From contig NC_092374.1 in NCBI RefSeq assembly GCF_030028105.1, positions 8,670,998 through 8,734,997 of the forward strand: DNA of 64,000 nucleotides. Reading direction: 5' to 3'. The position numbers and the translations under genes were made by a program. Below are positions 24,670 to 38,800 of this stretch, piece after piece. The stretch's first letter is position 1, and every line of letters begins with the position of its first letter. The notes beneath the pieces are model-generated. The model saw nothing but the letters and a program-made list of their open reading frames with translations, did not search any database and was not told the origin of the DNA. The stretch comes from Mobula birostris (lineage: Eukaryota).

Positions 24670-25110
24670 AGGTTATAAGGTGTTGCTCCTCCATGCTGAA
24701 TGTGGCAGAGAAGCTATGGACTGACATGTCAAAATGGGAATAAGAATCAGAATTAAAATGTTGAGCCATCGGGAAGTTCTGCTTTTGGCTGATTGACAGA
24801 CCTTCTCCATGCCTCTCAACATTTTGTATCCCTTTATCAAAGCTCCCCTCATTCTCCTATGCTTCAGTGAATAAAGTCCTAACGTACTTAACCTTTCCCC
24901 ATTGCTCAGGTCGCCAAGTCCCAGCAACATCTTGTAAATATTCTCGGCACTCTTTCAAACGTGTTGATACCTTTCCTGTAGGTAGACAGCCGAAAATGCA
25001 GAAATACTCACCAACATCTTGTACAACTTCAACATAACATGCCAATTCCTGTACTCAGTACTTTGATTTATGATGGCCAACATGCAAAATACCTTTTGAA
25101 CTTAAGGGCA
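24670..25110 (-). mobile_element. CR1 3' fragment
   Basis: LGLYSLKHRRMRGALIKGYKMLRG (ORF 24673-24930). Confidence 0.8.
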
Positions 25111-25432
25111 TAAACTGTGATGTACTTTTGCGTTTGTGAGACTCTACCGCGACTGCCTCCAGAAAAATGCCTGCTTATTGTGATGAATAATGAAGTCTAT
25201 ATTACCAGCTTTATTTTCTCTCTGGTGACTTCGGTCACAGTCACAACATTTGCTGGTTTTCCCTGGGAACATTCGTGATCCGCAGTGTGGCCAGAGACTT
25301 AAGAAGTCCAGGGGGATGGGAGTGTTTTTAAGAGCAGCATCTCTTGCTTCAATCTGTTCAGGTCAATGACCACGGGGTGACGAAATATCACAGAACTTGG
25401 CAGAAGCCTGACCCAGTAGATATAAAATGTGG

Positions 25433-25466
<34 letters not shown>

Positions 25467-26310
25467 TTTGTGCATGAATAGTTTCGGCTACTTTATTGAG
25501 ACCGGATATCCAGTTGCGAAAGGTCGTCACCGACCGTTCGTTACGGGACGCCAATGTGGTGTGTGTATACTCGTTCCGGGAAACTGGATAGCATCATACT
25601 TATTTGTGAATGTACTTTGTGTTTGTAGGAAAACGTTCAGCGGCATAGAAGTGAAATATTGCAGAGAGACATAATCTGCGGTGTTAACTTTACTGTTTTA
25701 TTTTTACCCATCCTTTATATTTTGCTGAATATGGGAATTATTTTGGAGATATTTGAGGGGGACGATATACGCAGATTGGGATGACAGGGATTGAGATCAC
25801 ACAACAACAGAGCGAGAATCGTGACGACTCCAGCCAGTCATTAATACTGATCACCACCAATCATAAATCCTTCACCCCTGCGGAGAAGCAGAACACTTTG
25901 TCAAAGCTGTCCTCACTTAAAGTCGCTTGTCCCAATTCAAAATACTTGCCAAGCTCGAATAAATTATTAAAATTCACCAGACGCATCCCAAAGGTAGTCA
26001 AGAGTTGATAAAGACAAGAAAATGAGTTTTGAAAAGCTTTGGGATCCTCCATAACCACGTGTGCCACTGAAACTTTCTTGCTACTCTCTGCCCTCTCAGA
26101 TTCAGAATTAGAAACACGTCTGAACTCTCCGCACTCCCCAGCGACCTCCTCAGTTCTCAGATGGTCATGGCTGAAGGCACAGGGGTCAGTTCCTACAACA
26201 TATCAGACATCAACTGTACTGTTTTCCGGCGATGCTGCCTGGACTGATGAGTTTTTCAAGCATTTTGTATGTGCTGCTTGGATTTCCAACATCTGTAGAT
26301 TTTCTCTGAG

Positions 26311-29095
26311 AGAAACATAGAAAATAGGTGCAGGAGTAGGCTATCCGGCCCTTCGAGCCTGCGCCACCATTCAGTATGATCATGTCTGATCATCCAACTC
26401 AGAACCCTGCAGCTGCCTTCCCTCCACACCCCCTGATCCTTTTAGCCACAAGGGCCATATCTAACTCCCTCTTAAATATAGCCAAGGAACTGGCCTCAAC
26501 TGTTTCCTGTGGCAGAGAATTCCACAGATTCACCACTCTCTATGTGAAGAAGTTTTTCCTAATCTCGGTCCTAAAAAGCTTCCCCTTTATCTTCAAACTG
26601 TGAACCCCTCGTTCTGGACTTCCCCAACATCGGGAACAATCTTCCCACATCTAGCTTGTCCAATCCCTTTAAGATTTTATACATTTCAATAAGATCCCCC
26701 CTCAATCTTCTAAATTTCAACTAGTATAGGCCTAGTCGATCCAGTCTTTCAGCATATGAAAGTCCTGCCATCCCAGGAATCAATCTGGTGAACCTTCTTT
26801 GTATCCCCTCTATGGCAAGAATGTCTTTCCTCAGATTAGGGGACCAAAATTGCACACAATACTCTAGGTGTGGTCTCACCAAGGCCTTGTACAACTGCAG
26901 TAGTACCTCCCTGCTCCTGTACTCAAATCCTCTCGCTATAAATGCCAGCATAGCATTCGCCTTTTTCACCGCTTGCTGTACCTGCATGCCCACTTTCAAT
27001 GACTGGTGTATAATGACACCCAGGTCTCGTTGCACCTCCCCTTTTCCTAATCGGCCACCATTCAGATAATAATCTGTTTTCCTGTTTTTGCCACCAAAGT
27101 GGATAACCTCACATTTATCCACATTAAATTGCATCTGCCATGAATTTGCCCACTCACCTAACCTATCCAAGTCACCCTGCATCCTCCTCACAGCTAACTC
27201 TGCCGCCCAGCTTCATGTCATCCGCAAACTTGGAGATGCTGCATTTAATTCCCTCATCTAAGTCAGTAATATATATTGTAAACAACTGGGGTCCCAGCAC
27301 TGAGCCTTGCGGTACCCCACTAGTCACGGCCTGCCATTCTGAAAAGGTCCTGTTTATTCCCACTCTTTGCTTCCTATCTGCCAACCAATTCTCTATCCAC
27401 ATCAATACCTTACCCCCAATACCGTATGCTTTAAGTTTGCACACTAATCTCCTGTGTGGGACTTTGTCAAAAGCCTTTTGAAAATCCAAATATACCACAT
27501 CCACTGGTTCCTCCCTATCCACTGTACTAGTTACATCCTCAAAAAATTCTATGAGATTCGTCAGACATGATTTTCCTTTCACAAATCCATGCTGACTTTG
27601 TCCGATGATTTCACCACTTTCCAAATGTGCTGTTATCACATCTTTGATAACTGACTCTAGCATTTTCCCCACCACCAATTTTCGGCTAACCAGTCTATAA
27701 TTCCCCGGTTTCTCTCTCCTTCCTTTTTTAAAAAGTAGGGTTACATTAGCCACTCTCCAATCCTCAGGAACTAGTCCAGAATCTAAAGAGTTTTGAAAAA
27801 TTATCACTAATGCATCCACTATTTCATGGGCTACTTCCTTAAGCACTCTGGGATGCAGACCATCTGGCCCTGGGGATTTATCTGTCTTTAATCCCTTCAA
27901 TTTACCTAACACCACTTCCCTACTAACATGTATTTCCCTCAGTTCCTCCATCTCACTGGACCCTCTGTCCCCTACTATTTCCGGAAGATTATTTATGTCC
28001 TCCTTAGTGAAGACAGAACCAAAGTAGTTATTCAATTGGTCTGCCATGTCCTTGCTCCTCATAATCAATTCACCTGTTTCTGTCTGTAGGGGACCTACAT
28101 TTGTCTTAACCAATCTTTTTTTCTTTTCAGATATCTATAAAAGCTTTTACAGTCAGTTTTTATGTTCCCTGCCAGTTTTCTCTCAAAATCTTTTTTCCCT
28201 TTCCTAATTAAGCCCTTTGTCCTCCTCTGCTGGACTCTGAATTTCTCCCAGTCCTCAGGTGAGCCACTTTTTCTGGCTAATTTGTATGCATCTTCTTTGG
28301 AATTGATACTATCCCTAATTTCCCTTGTCAGCCACGGGTGCACTACCTTCCTTGATTTATTCTTTTGCCATACTGGGATGAACAATTGTTGTAGTTTATT
28401 CATGCGATCTTTAAATGCTTGCCATTACATATCCACTGTCAACCCTTTAAGTGTCATTTGCCAGTCTATCTTAGCTAATTCACGTCTCATACCTTCAAAG
28501 TTACCCTTCTTTAAATTCAGAACCTTTGTTTCTGAATTAACTATGTCACTCTCCATCTTAATGAAGAATTCCACCATATTATGGTCACTCTTACCCAAGG
28601 GGCCTCTCATGACAAGATTGCTAATTAACCTTTCCTCATTGCTCAATACCCAGTCTAGAATAGCCTGCTCTCTAGTTGGTTCCTCGACATGTTGGTTCAA
28701 AAAACCATCCTGCATACATTACAAGAAATCCTCTTCCTCAGCACCTTTACCAATTTGGTTCACCTAATCTTTATGTAGATTGAAGTCACCCATTATAACT
28801 GCTGTTCCTTTATTGCACGCATTTCTAATTTCCTGTTTAATACCATCCCCAACCTCACTACTACTGTTAGGTGGCCTGTACACAACTCCCACCAGCGTTT
28901 TCTGCCCCTTGGTGTTATGCAGCTCTACCCATATCGATTCCACATCCTCCCGGCTAATGTCCTTCCTTTCTATTGCGTTAATCTCCTCTCTAACCAGCAA
29001 TGCTACCCCACCTCCTTTCCTGTCTATCCCTCCTGAATATTGAATATCCCTGAATGTTGAGCTCCCATCCTTGATCACCCTGGAGCCATGTTTTC
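26311..29095 (-). mobile_element. CR1 ORF2 (APE to 3' end), same family as 351-2297 and 34201-35817
   Basis: ORFs 28764-29132, 28425-28715, 28095-28403, 27172-28113, 26721-27191; CTATGTTTCT tail. Confidence 0.95.
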
Positions 29096-29254
29096 CATAG
29101 ATGCTGCCTGGACTGCTGCGTTTTTCCAGCATGCTGCTTGGATTTCGAGTATCTGTAGATTTTCTCTTGTTTGTGAATTGACTACCAACCCTGTTTAGTT
29201 GGAAATGAGTAATTTATCTTACTGTAGCCAGTTTATCAGGGTGGAAGGATCTTT

Positions 29255-29305
29255 GAGGAAATGACGAAAACTTCATGCAACTTCTGCATTTCAGTTTTAG
29301 GAAAC
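29255..29305 (+). promoter_or_regulatory. Putative TATA-less leukocyte-type proximal promoter
   Basis: GAGGAAAT (ETS/PU.1 core) overlapping TGACG and GAAAACT, plus a second AGGAAAC, 30-80 bp upstream of the leader ATG. Confidence 0.45.
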
Positions 29306-29335
29306 AAGAAAGGACACCAGACTGCAGTGTCGGCG

Positions 29336-29396
29336 ATGCTCTCTCTCCGGGTTTGTCTCTGCACGGTTCTCCTATCCGTCTCAGTCCGGGGACACA
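29336..29396 (+). CDS. Receptor exon 1: signal peptide MLSLRVCLCTVLLSVSVRGH, phase-1 donor
   Basis: GGCGATG Kozak context, hydrophobic core, donor A|GTAAGT; 61 nt = 20 codons + 1. Confidence 0.8.
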
Positions 29397-30828
29397 GTAA
29401 GTGTTTTCCATTGTCCTCATCATCTCCTTCCTCATCCGAATGCTCGGGTGTCCGCTGTGGCAGCTCTGCATCTGTTTGAGCGTTGGGTTAAACCGAGGAG
29501 TGAAGGGATGTTGGGAGACTGGTCCGCCTTATTGACACACTACATTCCCTCTGGTGGAAGTGATCTGGTGGTCGGGCAGTTGGAGAAACACACACGTGGA
29601 TCCCAGGGTTTGGTATCCCAGGGTGGAACCCTCGATAAACGTGGGTGGGGTGGGGGGGCGGGTGGCTATCGGCGGTGCGGGAGGATAGGGCACTGAGTTT
29701 AAACCAATCAGTCATCAATTTACTCAATGGCGGTGAGGTGTCGAGGTGCCGAGTGGCCTCCTGCTTCTAACCCACATTCCGGATGATCTCCTTATAGCAG
29801 CGGAAGTCGGATGGAGTCCTGGTTCCGGATGAGTATCAAAATTATGAAGAGTGTGCACTGAGGGAGGCTCTCCCATTGGTGGACGGGGATAGAAATGGCA
29901 TTATAGAATAAAAATGATTCGCCATAGAACTATAGAGTTGCCTGGGCACATTACTGCCACGTATTCAGAGTAAAACGTGGGGCCGGGGTAGGAAGTGGGT
30001 GTTGAAAAGGGGAGCGGGGAACTGTCTGAAATGGAATTCACGGGGCTGTGAGGAAGGGATGGGGGAATGGGACTGCGTGGGTTGTTCTTACATAGGGCCA
30101 GTATGAACAATGGGCTGAATGCCCTCGTACTCAACTGTAAACTTTCCGTCGCTCTGAGGAAATTCCAAGAATTCTCCTATCCGTAACCGGTGCTCCAGAA
30201 TCTCCAACCTCTTCCTCTCTGAAGCGGCAAGATTGTAAAAGCCTACAGGTCCGAGAAGCAGACAATGAATTCCTGAGACGACCCGATCTCATCCTGTAAC
30301 CCGTTCCCCGATATCCGTCATCTACATAAAACTACCACATCGCCCCCCCGCCCCCTTCCACATCAGAACCCAGACTGTAACCCACTCCCAGGTATCGGTT
30401 ATTATACATTTAACACCCACTCCCGATGCCTCCTACTCCCGGGTGTCAGTTATTACACATATAACTACCCCCGCCCACTCACAGACCAGACCCTCATCCT
30501 GCACCTGACACCAGGAATCCGTTATTATACATATAAATCCCAACCGGACGTTTCCCACGTCAGAACCCAGCCTGTGGCTCACTCCGCTGGGTCAATGTCC
30601 AAACCAGGTCCACCGATACGTTGCGATACGTCGTGGAGCTACAACACGGGATCTGGTTCCGTGGGGTTCTGAAACTCCGTGCCTGTTCGTGTTCTCTCCC
30701 TCCCTCTCGCTCTCGTTCTCGCTGTCTCTCTGTCTCTCTCTCTCTCTCACACGCTCTCTCTCTCTCTCTCTTTCTCACACACACACTCTCACGCGCACAC
30801 ATTCCCTCCGCGCTCTCACACACACAGC

Positions 30829-30870
<42 letters not shown>

Positions 30871-31025
30871 ACTTTCACCCACCCACCCACTGACGTCGCC
30901 CTGTTCGGCTCCGTGATCTGGTACAGGGTGGAATCAGGGGCTAAAAAGCTGGTGTTTAACTGCACATTTCCCAGTCCCAGCCGCTCCCGGTGCGATACAA
31001 CGACACACGTGATCAATAAGTGTTG
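30871..31025 (+). pseudogene. Siglec-15-like V-set pseudo-exon (acceptor/5' part and internal part deleted)
   Basis: TFTHPPTDVALFGSVIWYRVESGAKKLVFNCTFPSPSRSRCDTTT is paralogous to exon 40537-40920; fused directly to a (CT)n tract; ends TGTTG|GTGAGT. Confidence 0.9.
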
Positions 31026-31164
31026 GTGAGTCTCATGTTTGTGTGTCGTGCCGGGGTTTCTGCTCCGGATCCCTCTCCTGTGAATTATGTTGGACAGTGT
31101 GCTCGGGGGTCGGGATGAAGCATTGGCTGCGGTATATTTGATCGAGTTCTTGAATATAAAAATG

Positions 31165-31880
31165 ATAGATAGACAGATAGAGAGATAGACATGCTTTATT
31201 GATACCGAGGGAAATTGGGTTTCGTTACAGTTGCACCAACCAAGAATAGAGTATAAATATAGCAATATAAAACCTTAAATAATTAAATAATAATATGTAA
31301 GTTATGCCAGATGGAACTAAGTCCAGGACCAGCCTATTGGCTCAGGGTGTCTGACCCTCCAAGGGAGGAGTTGAAAAGTTTGATGGCCACAGGCAGGAAT
31401 GACTTCCTATGACGCTCCGTGCTGCATCTCGGTGGAATGAGTCTCTGGCTGAATGTACTCCTGTGCCCAGCCAGTACGTTATGTAGTGGATGGGAGACAT
31501 TGTCCAAGATAGCATGCAACCTGGACAGCATCCTCTTTTCAGACACCACCGTCAGAGAGTCCAGTTCCACCCCCACAACATCACTGGCCTTACGAATGAA
31601 TTTGTTGATTCTGTTGGTGTCTGCCACCCTCAGCCTGCTGCCCCAGCATACAACAGCAAACATGATAGCACTGGCCACCACAGACTCGTAGAACATCCTC
31701 AGCATCGTTCAACAGATGCTAAAGGACCTCAGTCTCCTCAGGGAATAGAGATGGCTCTGACCCTTCTTGTAGAGAGCCTCAGTGTTCTTTGATCAGTCCA
31801 GTTTATTGTCAATTCGTATCCCCAGGTATTTGTACTACTCCACCATGTCCACACCGACCCCCTGGATGGAAACAGTTGCA
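31165..31880 (-). mobile_element. Rex1/Babar LINE 3' end
   Basis: ORF 31334-31705 MFYESVVASAIMFAVVCWG...RHRKSFLPVAIKLFN; same 3' end recurs at 63797-64000. Confidence 0.85.
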
Positions 31881-31969
31881 GCTTTATAAAACTTTGGAGA
31901 GCCCACATTTTGGAGATTTATGTGCTGTTCTGGGTGGTACATTAAAGGAAGGATATGTAATCGTTGGAA

Positions 31970-33430
31970 AGGATTCAGAACCTCACATCTTATCCTCTTG
32001 CTCTTCACATACTTGTAGAATGCCTTGGGGTTTTCCTTAATCCTGTCCTCCAATGCCTTCTCATGGCCCCTTCTGCCTCTCCTAATTTCTATCTTAAGCT
32101 GCTTCCTGCAAGCCTTATAATCTTTCAATATTCATATCATTACCTAGTTTTTTGAACATTTCGTACGCTCTTCTTTTCTTCTTGACTAGATTTCCAACCA
32201 CCTTTGTGCACCACAGATCTTGTACGCTCCTGTCCTTTCCATGTCTCATTGGAATGTACCTACTCAGAACTCCATGCAAATATCGCCTGAACGTTTGCCA
32301 CATTTCTTCCGTACATTTCCCTGAGGACATCTGTTTCCAATTTATGCTTCCAAATTCCGCCTGTTAGCCTCATATTTCCCCTAACTCCAATTAAACGCTT
32401 TCCTAACTTGCCTGTTCCTATCCCTCTACAATGCTATGGTAAAAGAGATAGAATTGTGATCACTATTTCCAATATGTTCTCCCACTGGGAGATCGGACAC
32501 CTGTCCAGGTTCATTTCCCAATACCAGATCAAGTACTGCCTTTCTTCTTGTAGGCTATCTATATACTGTGTGAAGAAACGTTCCTGACCACACCTAACAA
32601 ACTCCACCCCACCTAAACCCCTCACTCAAGGAAGAACCAATCGATATTTGGAAAATTAAAATCTCCCACCATGACAACACTGTTATTATTACACATTTCC
32701 AGAATCTGTCTCGCTATCTGCTCCTTGATGTCCCTGTTACTATTGGGTGGTCTATAGAAAACACCCAGTAGAGTTATTGACCCCTTCCTGTTGCTAACTT
32801 CCACCCACAGAAACTGCGTAGAGAATCCCTTTATGACTTGCTCCTTTTCTGCAGCCGTGACACTATCGAACAGTACCACGTCTCCACCTCTTTTGCCTCC
32901 CTCCATGTCCTTTCTAAAACATCTAAAGCCTGGCACTCTAAATAACCATTCCTGCCCCTGAGCCTCGCAAGTCTCGGTAATGGCCACAACATAGCTCCAA
33001 GTACTGATCCACGCTCTAACTTCATCCACTTTGTTCATAATACTCCTTGCATTAAAATAGACACATCTCAAACCATCGGCCTGTGCGACTTGCTTCACAG
33101 TCACCTGCCCATCCTCGCTCTGACACTGTCTCAAGCTTTTTCTATTTATGACCCAACCGCCTCTTCCACTGTCTCTTCAGTTCGGTTCCCACCCCCCAAC
33201 AATTCTAGTTTAAACTCTCCCCAACAGCCTTTGCAAGTATAATGCTGTCCTTTTTGTATAGGTCCCGCCTGCCCCTAAAGAGGTCGCAATGACCCAGAAA
33301 TCTGAATCCTTGCCCCCTGCTCCAATCCCTTAGCCACGCATTTATCCTCCTCTTCACCTTATTCCTATACTCACTGTCAGGTGGCACAGGCAATAATCCC
33401 GAGATTACTACCTTTGTGGTCCTGCTTCTC
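31970..33430 (-). mobile_element. Decayed CR1 (ORF1 esterase end + APE)
   Basis: KVVISGLLPVP..INAWLRDW; LRCVYFNARSIMNKVDE, FYRPPNS, MVGDFNFPNIDW. Confidence 0.9.
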
Positions 33431-33759
33431 AATAATTTAATTTAGCTTTCTTATTTTTTATGTACTTACTGTAATTTATAGGTTTTATTATTATATTTGG
33501 CTTTGTACTACTGCTGCAAAGCAACAAATTCTATGACATACACACACCAGTGATGCAATCTCGTTGTTTATTCTATTGTTTTCTATATTAAATCTGATTT
33601 TGATTCTGATTCTGACGTGACCCCCATTCCGGACTTTACAGCATCACACCGCAGTGTGTAGCCCACTCCCGAGTACCCATCATTGCACATATAAACCTCC
33701 CATCCTGGACCCTCCAATGGATCACAGTCTGTACCCAGTCCTGGCTATCCACTACTGCT

Positions 33760-34140
33760 CATTTAGTTGTCAGGCCCTACTGGTGTATCTGGAGGATCTC
33801 TGAAAGCCTGTGTCAATCAACTGGTGGGGAAGATGAAGGATATCTTCAATCCCTCACGACTGCAGTTAGAGGTCCCCACCTGCTTCAAAAGGATAACAAT
33901 CATACTGGTGCCCAAGCAGAACAGGGTGAGCTGCCTTAATGACCCTCATCCAGGGGCACTCACATCTACTGCCATGAAATGCCGTGAGAGGTCGCTCTCG
34001 GTTGGAGTCCACTCCTGCCTCAGGAAGAACCTGGGTCCATGGCAATTTGCCTGTCACCACAACAGGTCTACAGTGAATGCAATCTCACCGGCTTCTCACG
34101 TGGCCTTGGCTCACCTGGACAACAGCAAAGCCTTTGCACT
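33760..34140 (+). mobile_element. Rex1/Babar RT fragment
   Basis: ORF 33767: GSLKACVNQL..DIFN..VPTCFKRITIILVPK..SCLND..ALTSTAMKC. Confidence 0.8.
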
Positions 34141-34200
34141 GATAATTTATTTGAATTATTTATATATATTTGCTGTAAATAATAGCTTTTATTTTTATAC

Positions 34201-35817
34201 AAACATAGAAACATAGAAAATAGGTGCAGGAGTAGGCCATTCAGCCCTTCGAGCCTGCACCGCCATTCAGTATGATCATGGCTGATTATCCAACTCAGAA
34301 CCCTGCACCAGCCCTTCCCTCCACACCCCCTGATCCCCGTAGCCACAAGGGCCATATCTAACTCCCTCTTAAATATAGCCAATGAACTGGCCTCAACTGT
34401 TTCCTGTGGCAGAGAATTCCACAGATTCACCACTCTCTGTGTGAAGAAGTTTTTCCTAATCTCGGTCCTAAAAGGCTTCCCCTCTATCCTCAAACTGTGA
34501 CCTCTCGTTCTGGACTTCCCCAACATCAGGAACAATCTTCCTGCTTCTAGCCTGTCCAATCCCTTTAGGATTTTATACGTTTCAATCTGATCCCCCCTCA
34601 ATCTTCTAAATTCCAACGAGTATAAGCCTAGTTCATCCAGTCTTTCATCATATGAAAGTCCTGCCATCTGAGGAATCAATCTGGTGAACCTTCTTTGTAC
34701 TCCCTCTATGGCAAGGATGTCTTTCCTCAGATTAGGGGACCAAAACTGCACACAGTACTCTAGGTGTGGTCTCACCAAGGCCTTGTACAACTGCAGTAGT
34801 ACCTCCCTGCTCCTGTACTCGAATCCTCTCGCTATAAATGCCAGCATAGCATTCGCCTTTTTCACCGCCTGCTGTACCTGCATGCCCACTTTCAATGGAC
34901 TGGTGTATAATAACACCCAGGTCTCATTGCACCTCCCCTTTTCCTAATCGGCCACGATTCAGGTACTAATCTGTTTTCCTGTTTTTGCCACCAAAGTGGA
35001 TAACCTCACATTTATCCATATTAAATTGCATCTGCCATGAATTTGCCCACTCACCTAACCTATCCAAGTCACCCTGCTTCCTTTTAGCATCCCCTCACAG
35101 CTAACATTGCCGCCCAGCTTCGTGTCATCCGCAAACTTGGAGATGCTGCATTTAATTCCCTCATCCAAGTTATTAATATATATTGTAAACAACTGGGGTC
35201 CCAGCACTGAGCCTTGCGGTACCCCACTAGGCACTGTCTGCCATTCTGAAAAGGTCCTGTCTATTCCCACTCTTTGCTTCCTGTCTGCCAACCAATTCCC
35301 TATCCACATCAATACCTTACCCCCAACACCGTGTGCTTTAAGTTTGCACACCAATCTCCTGTGTGGGACCTTGTCAAAAGCCTTTTGAACATCCAAATAT
35401 ACCACATCCACTGGTTCTCCCCTATCCACTGTACTAGTTACATTCTCAAAAAATTCTATGAGATTCATCATGAGATTCATCAGACATGATTTTCCTTTCA
35501 CAAATCCATGCTGACTTTGTCCGATGATTTCACCGCTTTCCAAATGTGCTGGTGTCACACCTTTGATAACTGACTCTAGCAGTTTCCCCACCACCGATGT
35601 TAGGCTAACCGGTCTATAATTCCCTGGTTTCTCTCTCCCTCCTTTTTTAAAAAGTGGGGTTACATTAGCCACCCTCCAATCCTCAGGAACTAGTCCAGAA
35701 TCTAAAGAGTTTTGAAAAATTATCACTAATGCATCCATTATTTCTTGGGCTACTTCCTTAAGCACACTGGGATGCAGACCATCTGGCCCTGGGGATTTAT
35801 CTGCCTTTAATCCCTTT
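34201..35817 (-). mobile_element. 5'-truncated CR1
   Basis: ORFs 35055-35837 and 34068-34916; TTTCTATG tail. Confidence 0.95.
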
Positions 35818-35864
35818 GCAGTACACAGCTGTGGCAAAACAACAAATTAAACTGCAGATGCCGG

Positions 35865-38800
35865 TGACCTCAGACTTGACTCAAAACTCCTCAATGCATC
35901 AATCATTTCAGTCTCCTGACTCAGCCTTCCTCAATCCATCAATCACGGATTCCTGTCTCACTCCTCCTCAATCCATCTATCACCTCAGACTTCTGTCTCA
36001 TCCCTCCTCAATCTATCAATCACCTCAGGATCCTGTCCCATCCCTCCTCTATCACCACAGACTCCTCTCTCACCGCTCCTCAGTCCATCGATCACCTTCA
36101 ACCCCTGTATCAACCCTCCTCAATGCATCAATAAACTCCAGGCACCTCTCTCACCCCTTCTCAATCCATCAATCAGTTCAGACACATATCACATCCCTCC
36201 TCAATCCTTCAGGAACCTCAGACTGCTGCCTCACCCCTCTTTATTCTTCCAATCACTTCAGACTTCTGTCTCACCCCATCTCAATCCATCAATCAGCTCA
36301 GACCACTTCCTCACCCCTCCTCAAACCACTAATCATTGAGAACCTTGCCTCAACACTTCTCAATCCATCAATTACCTGAGAGTCCTGTCTCACCTATCCT
36401 CAACACATCAATCACCCCAGACACCTCTCTCAATCCTCCTCAATCCATCAGGCACCTCAGACTGCTGCCTCACTGACTCAATATTCCTATCACGTTAGAC
36501 TCTGTCACTCTCCTCTTCAATTCATCAATCATTTCAGAATGCTGTCTCTCCCCATCTCAAATTATCAATCACTTCAGAACACAGCACCACCCATCCTGAA
36601 TCCACAAATCATTAGGAATCCTCCCTCAACCCTCCTCAGTCCATCAATCACTTCAGACTACTGTCTCGCCCTTCTTCAATTCATCAATCACCTTAGAATA
36701 CTGTCTCACCGCTCTTCAATCCATCAATCACCTCCGGCTCGTGTCTCCCCACTTCTCAATCTATCAAACGCCTCATATTCTTTTCTCACCCATCCTTCAT
36801 CCTTCAATCACCTCAGACTCCTGTCTCACACCTCCATAATAAATTAATCACAGACTTCTGTCTGACCACACCCCTCAATTCATCAATCAGCTCATTCAAT
36901 TTGGACCTCACTTCATTCCATTGATCACCTCAGACAGGTTCTATGCCTCCTATATCCAGCAATAACCTCAGACAGCTTTCTCACACCACTTCATTCCATC
37001 AAAAACGTCATCGTCCTGCCTCACCTGAACTCAATCCATCAATGACCTCACACTCTTGTCTGACCCCTCTTAAATCCAACAATCAACTCAGATTCCTCTC
37101 TCACCCATCCTCAATCCATCAATCAGCTCACACTCCTGTCGCACCCCTCCCAAATCCAGAAAACAATTCAAACGCCTCTCCCACCCCTCCTCAATCCAAT
37201 ATGCTCAGAATCCTTTCTCATTGCTCCTCAATCCATCAATCACCACAGAATTCTGTCTCACCACTCTTCAGTCCATCAATCACTTTAATCTCCAGTCTCA
37301 ACTCTCACAAATCCATCAATCACCTCAGACATCCGTCTCACCCTCCTCAATCTGTCAATTACTCGAGACTCCTTTCTCATCCCTTGGTAATCTATCAATT
37401 AGCCGAGTCTGATGTCTCATCTTTCCTCAATTCATCAATCACCTTAGACTCCTGTCTCTTCTCATACTCAATCCTTCAATCACCTGAAATTCATGTCTCA
37501 CTCCTCCTCAAACCATCAGTCACCTCAGTCCCCTGTCTCACCCCTCCTCAACCTATCAATCACCTCAGACACATTTAGCACTCCACCTCAAACCATCAAT
37601 CACGTGAGAATCCTGTCTCACCCCTCCTTAATAGATCAGTTTCCTCAGACACAAATCTCACCCTCCTAAAGCCATCAATCATCTCAGACTCGTCTCTCGA
37701 TTATGGATTAATTGAGGTAATCCATCAATTACCTTAGACACCTGTCTCACCCATCTACAACCTATCAATCACCTCAGACACCGGTCTCACCCCTCCTCAA
37801 TCCATCAATCTCCTGAGTCCCCTGTCTCAACCCTCCTCAATCGATCAATCACCTCATACTCCTGTCTCACCCCTCCTCAAACTATCAATTTCCTCAGACC
37901 CTTGTCCAACCCTCTTCAATCCATCAATCACCTCATACTTCTGTCTGACCAGTCATCAATGGATGGATCACATCGGACTCGTCTCACAAATCTTCATTCT
38001 TCAAAAACTTCTGAATCCTGTTTCACCCCTCCAGAACTCATTAATTGCTTCAGACACATTTCTCACCACTCCTCAAACCATCAATCAACTCAGACTTTCA
38101 TCTCAGCTCTTTTCAATCCATCAATCACCTCAGACTCCTGTCTCACACCTCAATACATCGAATTACCTCATAATTCTGTCTGACCATTCCTCAATACATG
38201 AATCACATCAAACTCGTCTCACAAATCTTCAATCCATCAAAAACTTCAGAAACCTGTCTCACACCTCCTCAATCCATCAATCACCTTTGACTCCTCTTTC
38301 ACCCCTCCTCAGTCTTCCAATCACCACAGATGCCTCTCATAGCTTCTCATCCATCAATCACCCAAGTCTCACTCATCATCAATCCGCCAATCATCTCAGA
38401 CTCCTGTCTCAACCTTTCTCAATCCATCAATCAACCGAGACAACAGTAAAATCCCTCCTCAATCCATCAACAAAATCAGACTCCTTTCTCACCCCTCCTC
38501 AATACATCAAACACCTCACACTCTGTCTGACCATTCCTCAGTACAGGAATCATATCAGACTTGTCTCACAAATCTACAATCCATAAAAAAACTTTAGAAT
38601 ATGTCTCTCCCCTCCTCAATCTATCAGTCACCTCAGACTCTTCTCACACTCCTCCTCAATCGATCAATTACTTCAGACTCCTGTCTCACTCCTCCACAAT
38701 CGCTCATTGCGTCACACTCCTGTCTCACCTCTCTCAATCCTTCAGTCATCACAGATGCTTCTCGCAGCTTCTCATTCCGTCAATCACCCGAGTCTCACTC

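Noticed and set aside
25150-26200. Possible LTR-retrotransposon 3' end (PPT-like TTTGAGGGGGA near 25752) and ORF 25861-26067
   Set aside because: I could not establish LTR termini, a TSD or any recognisable protein motif, so it is left unassigned.
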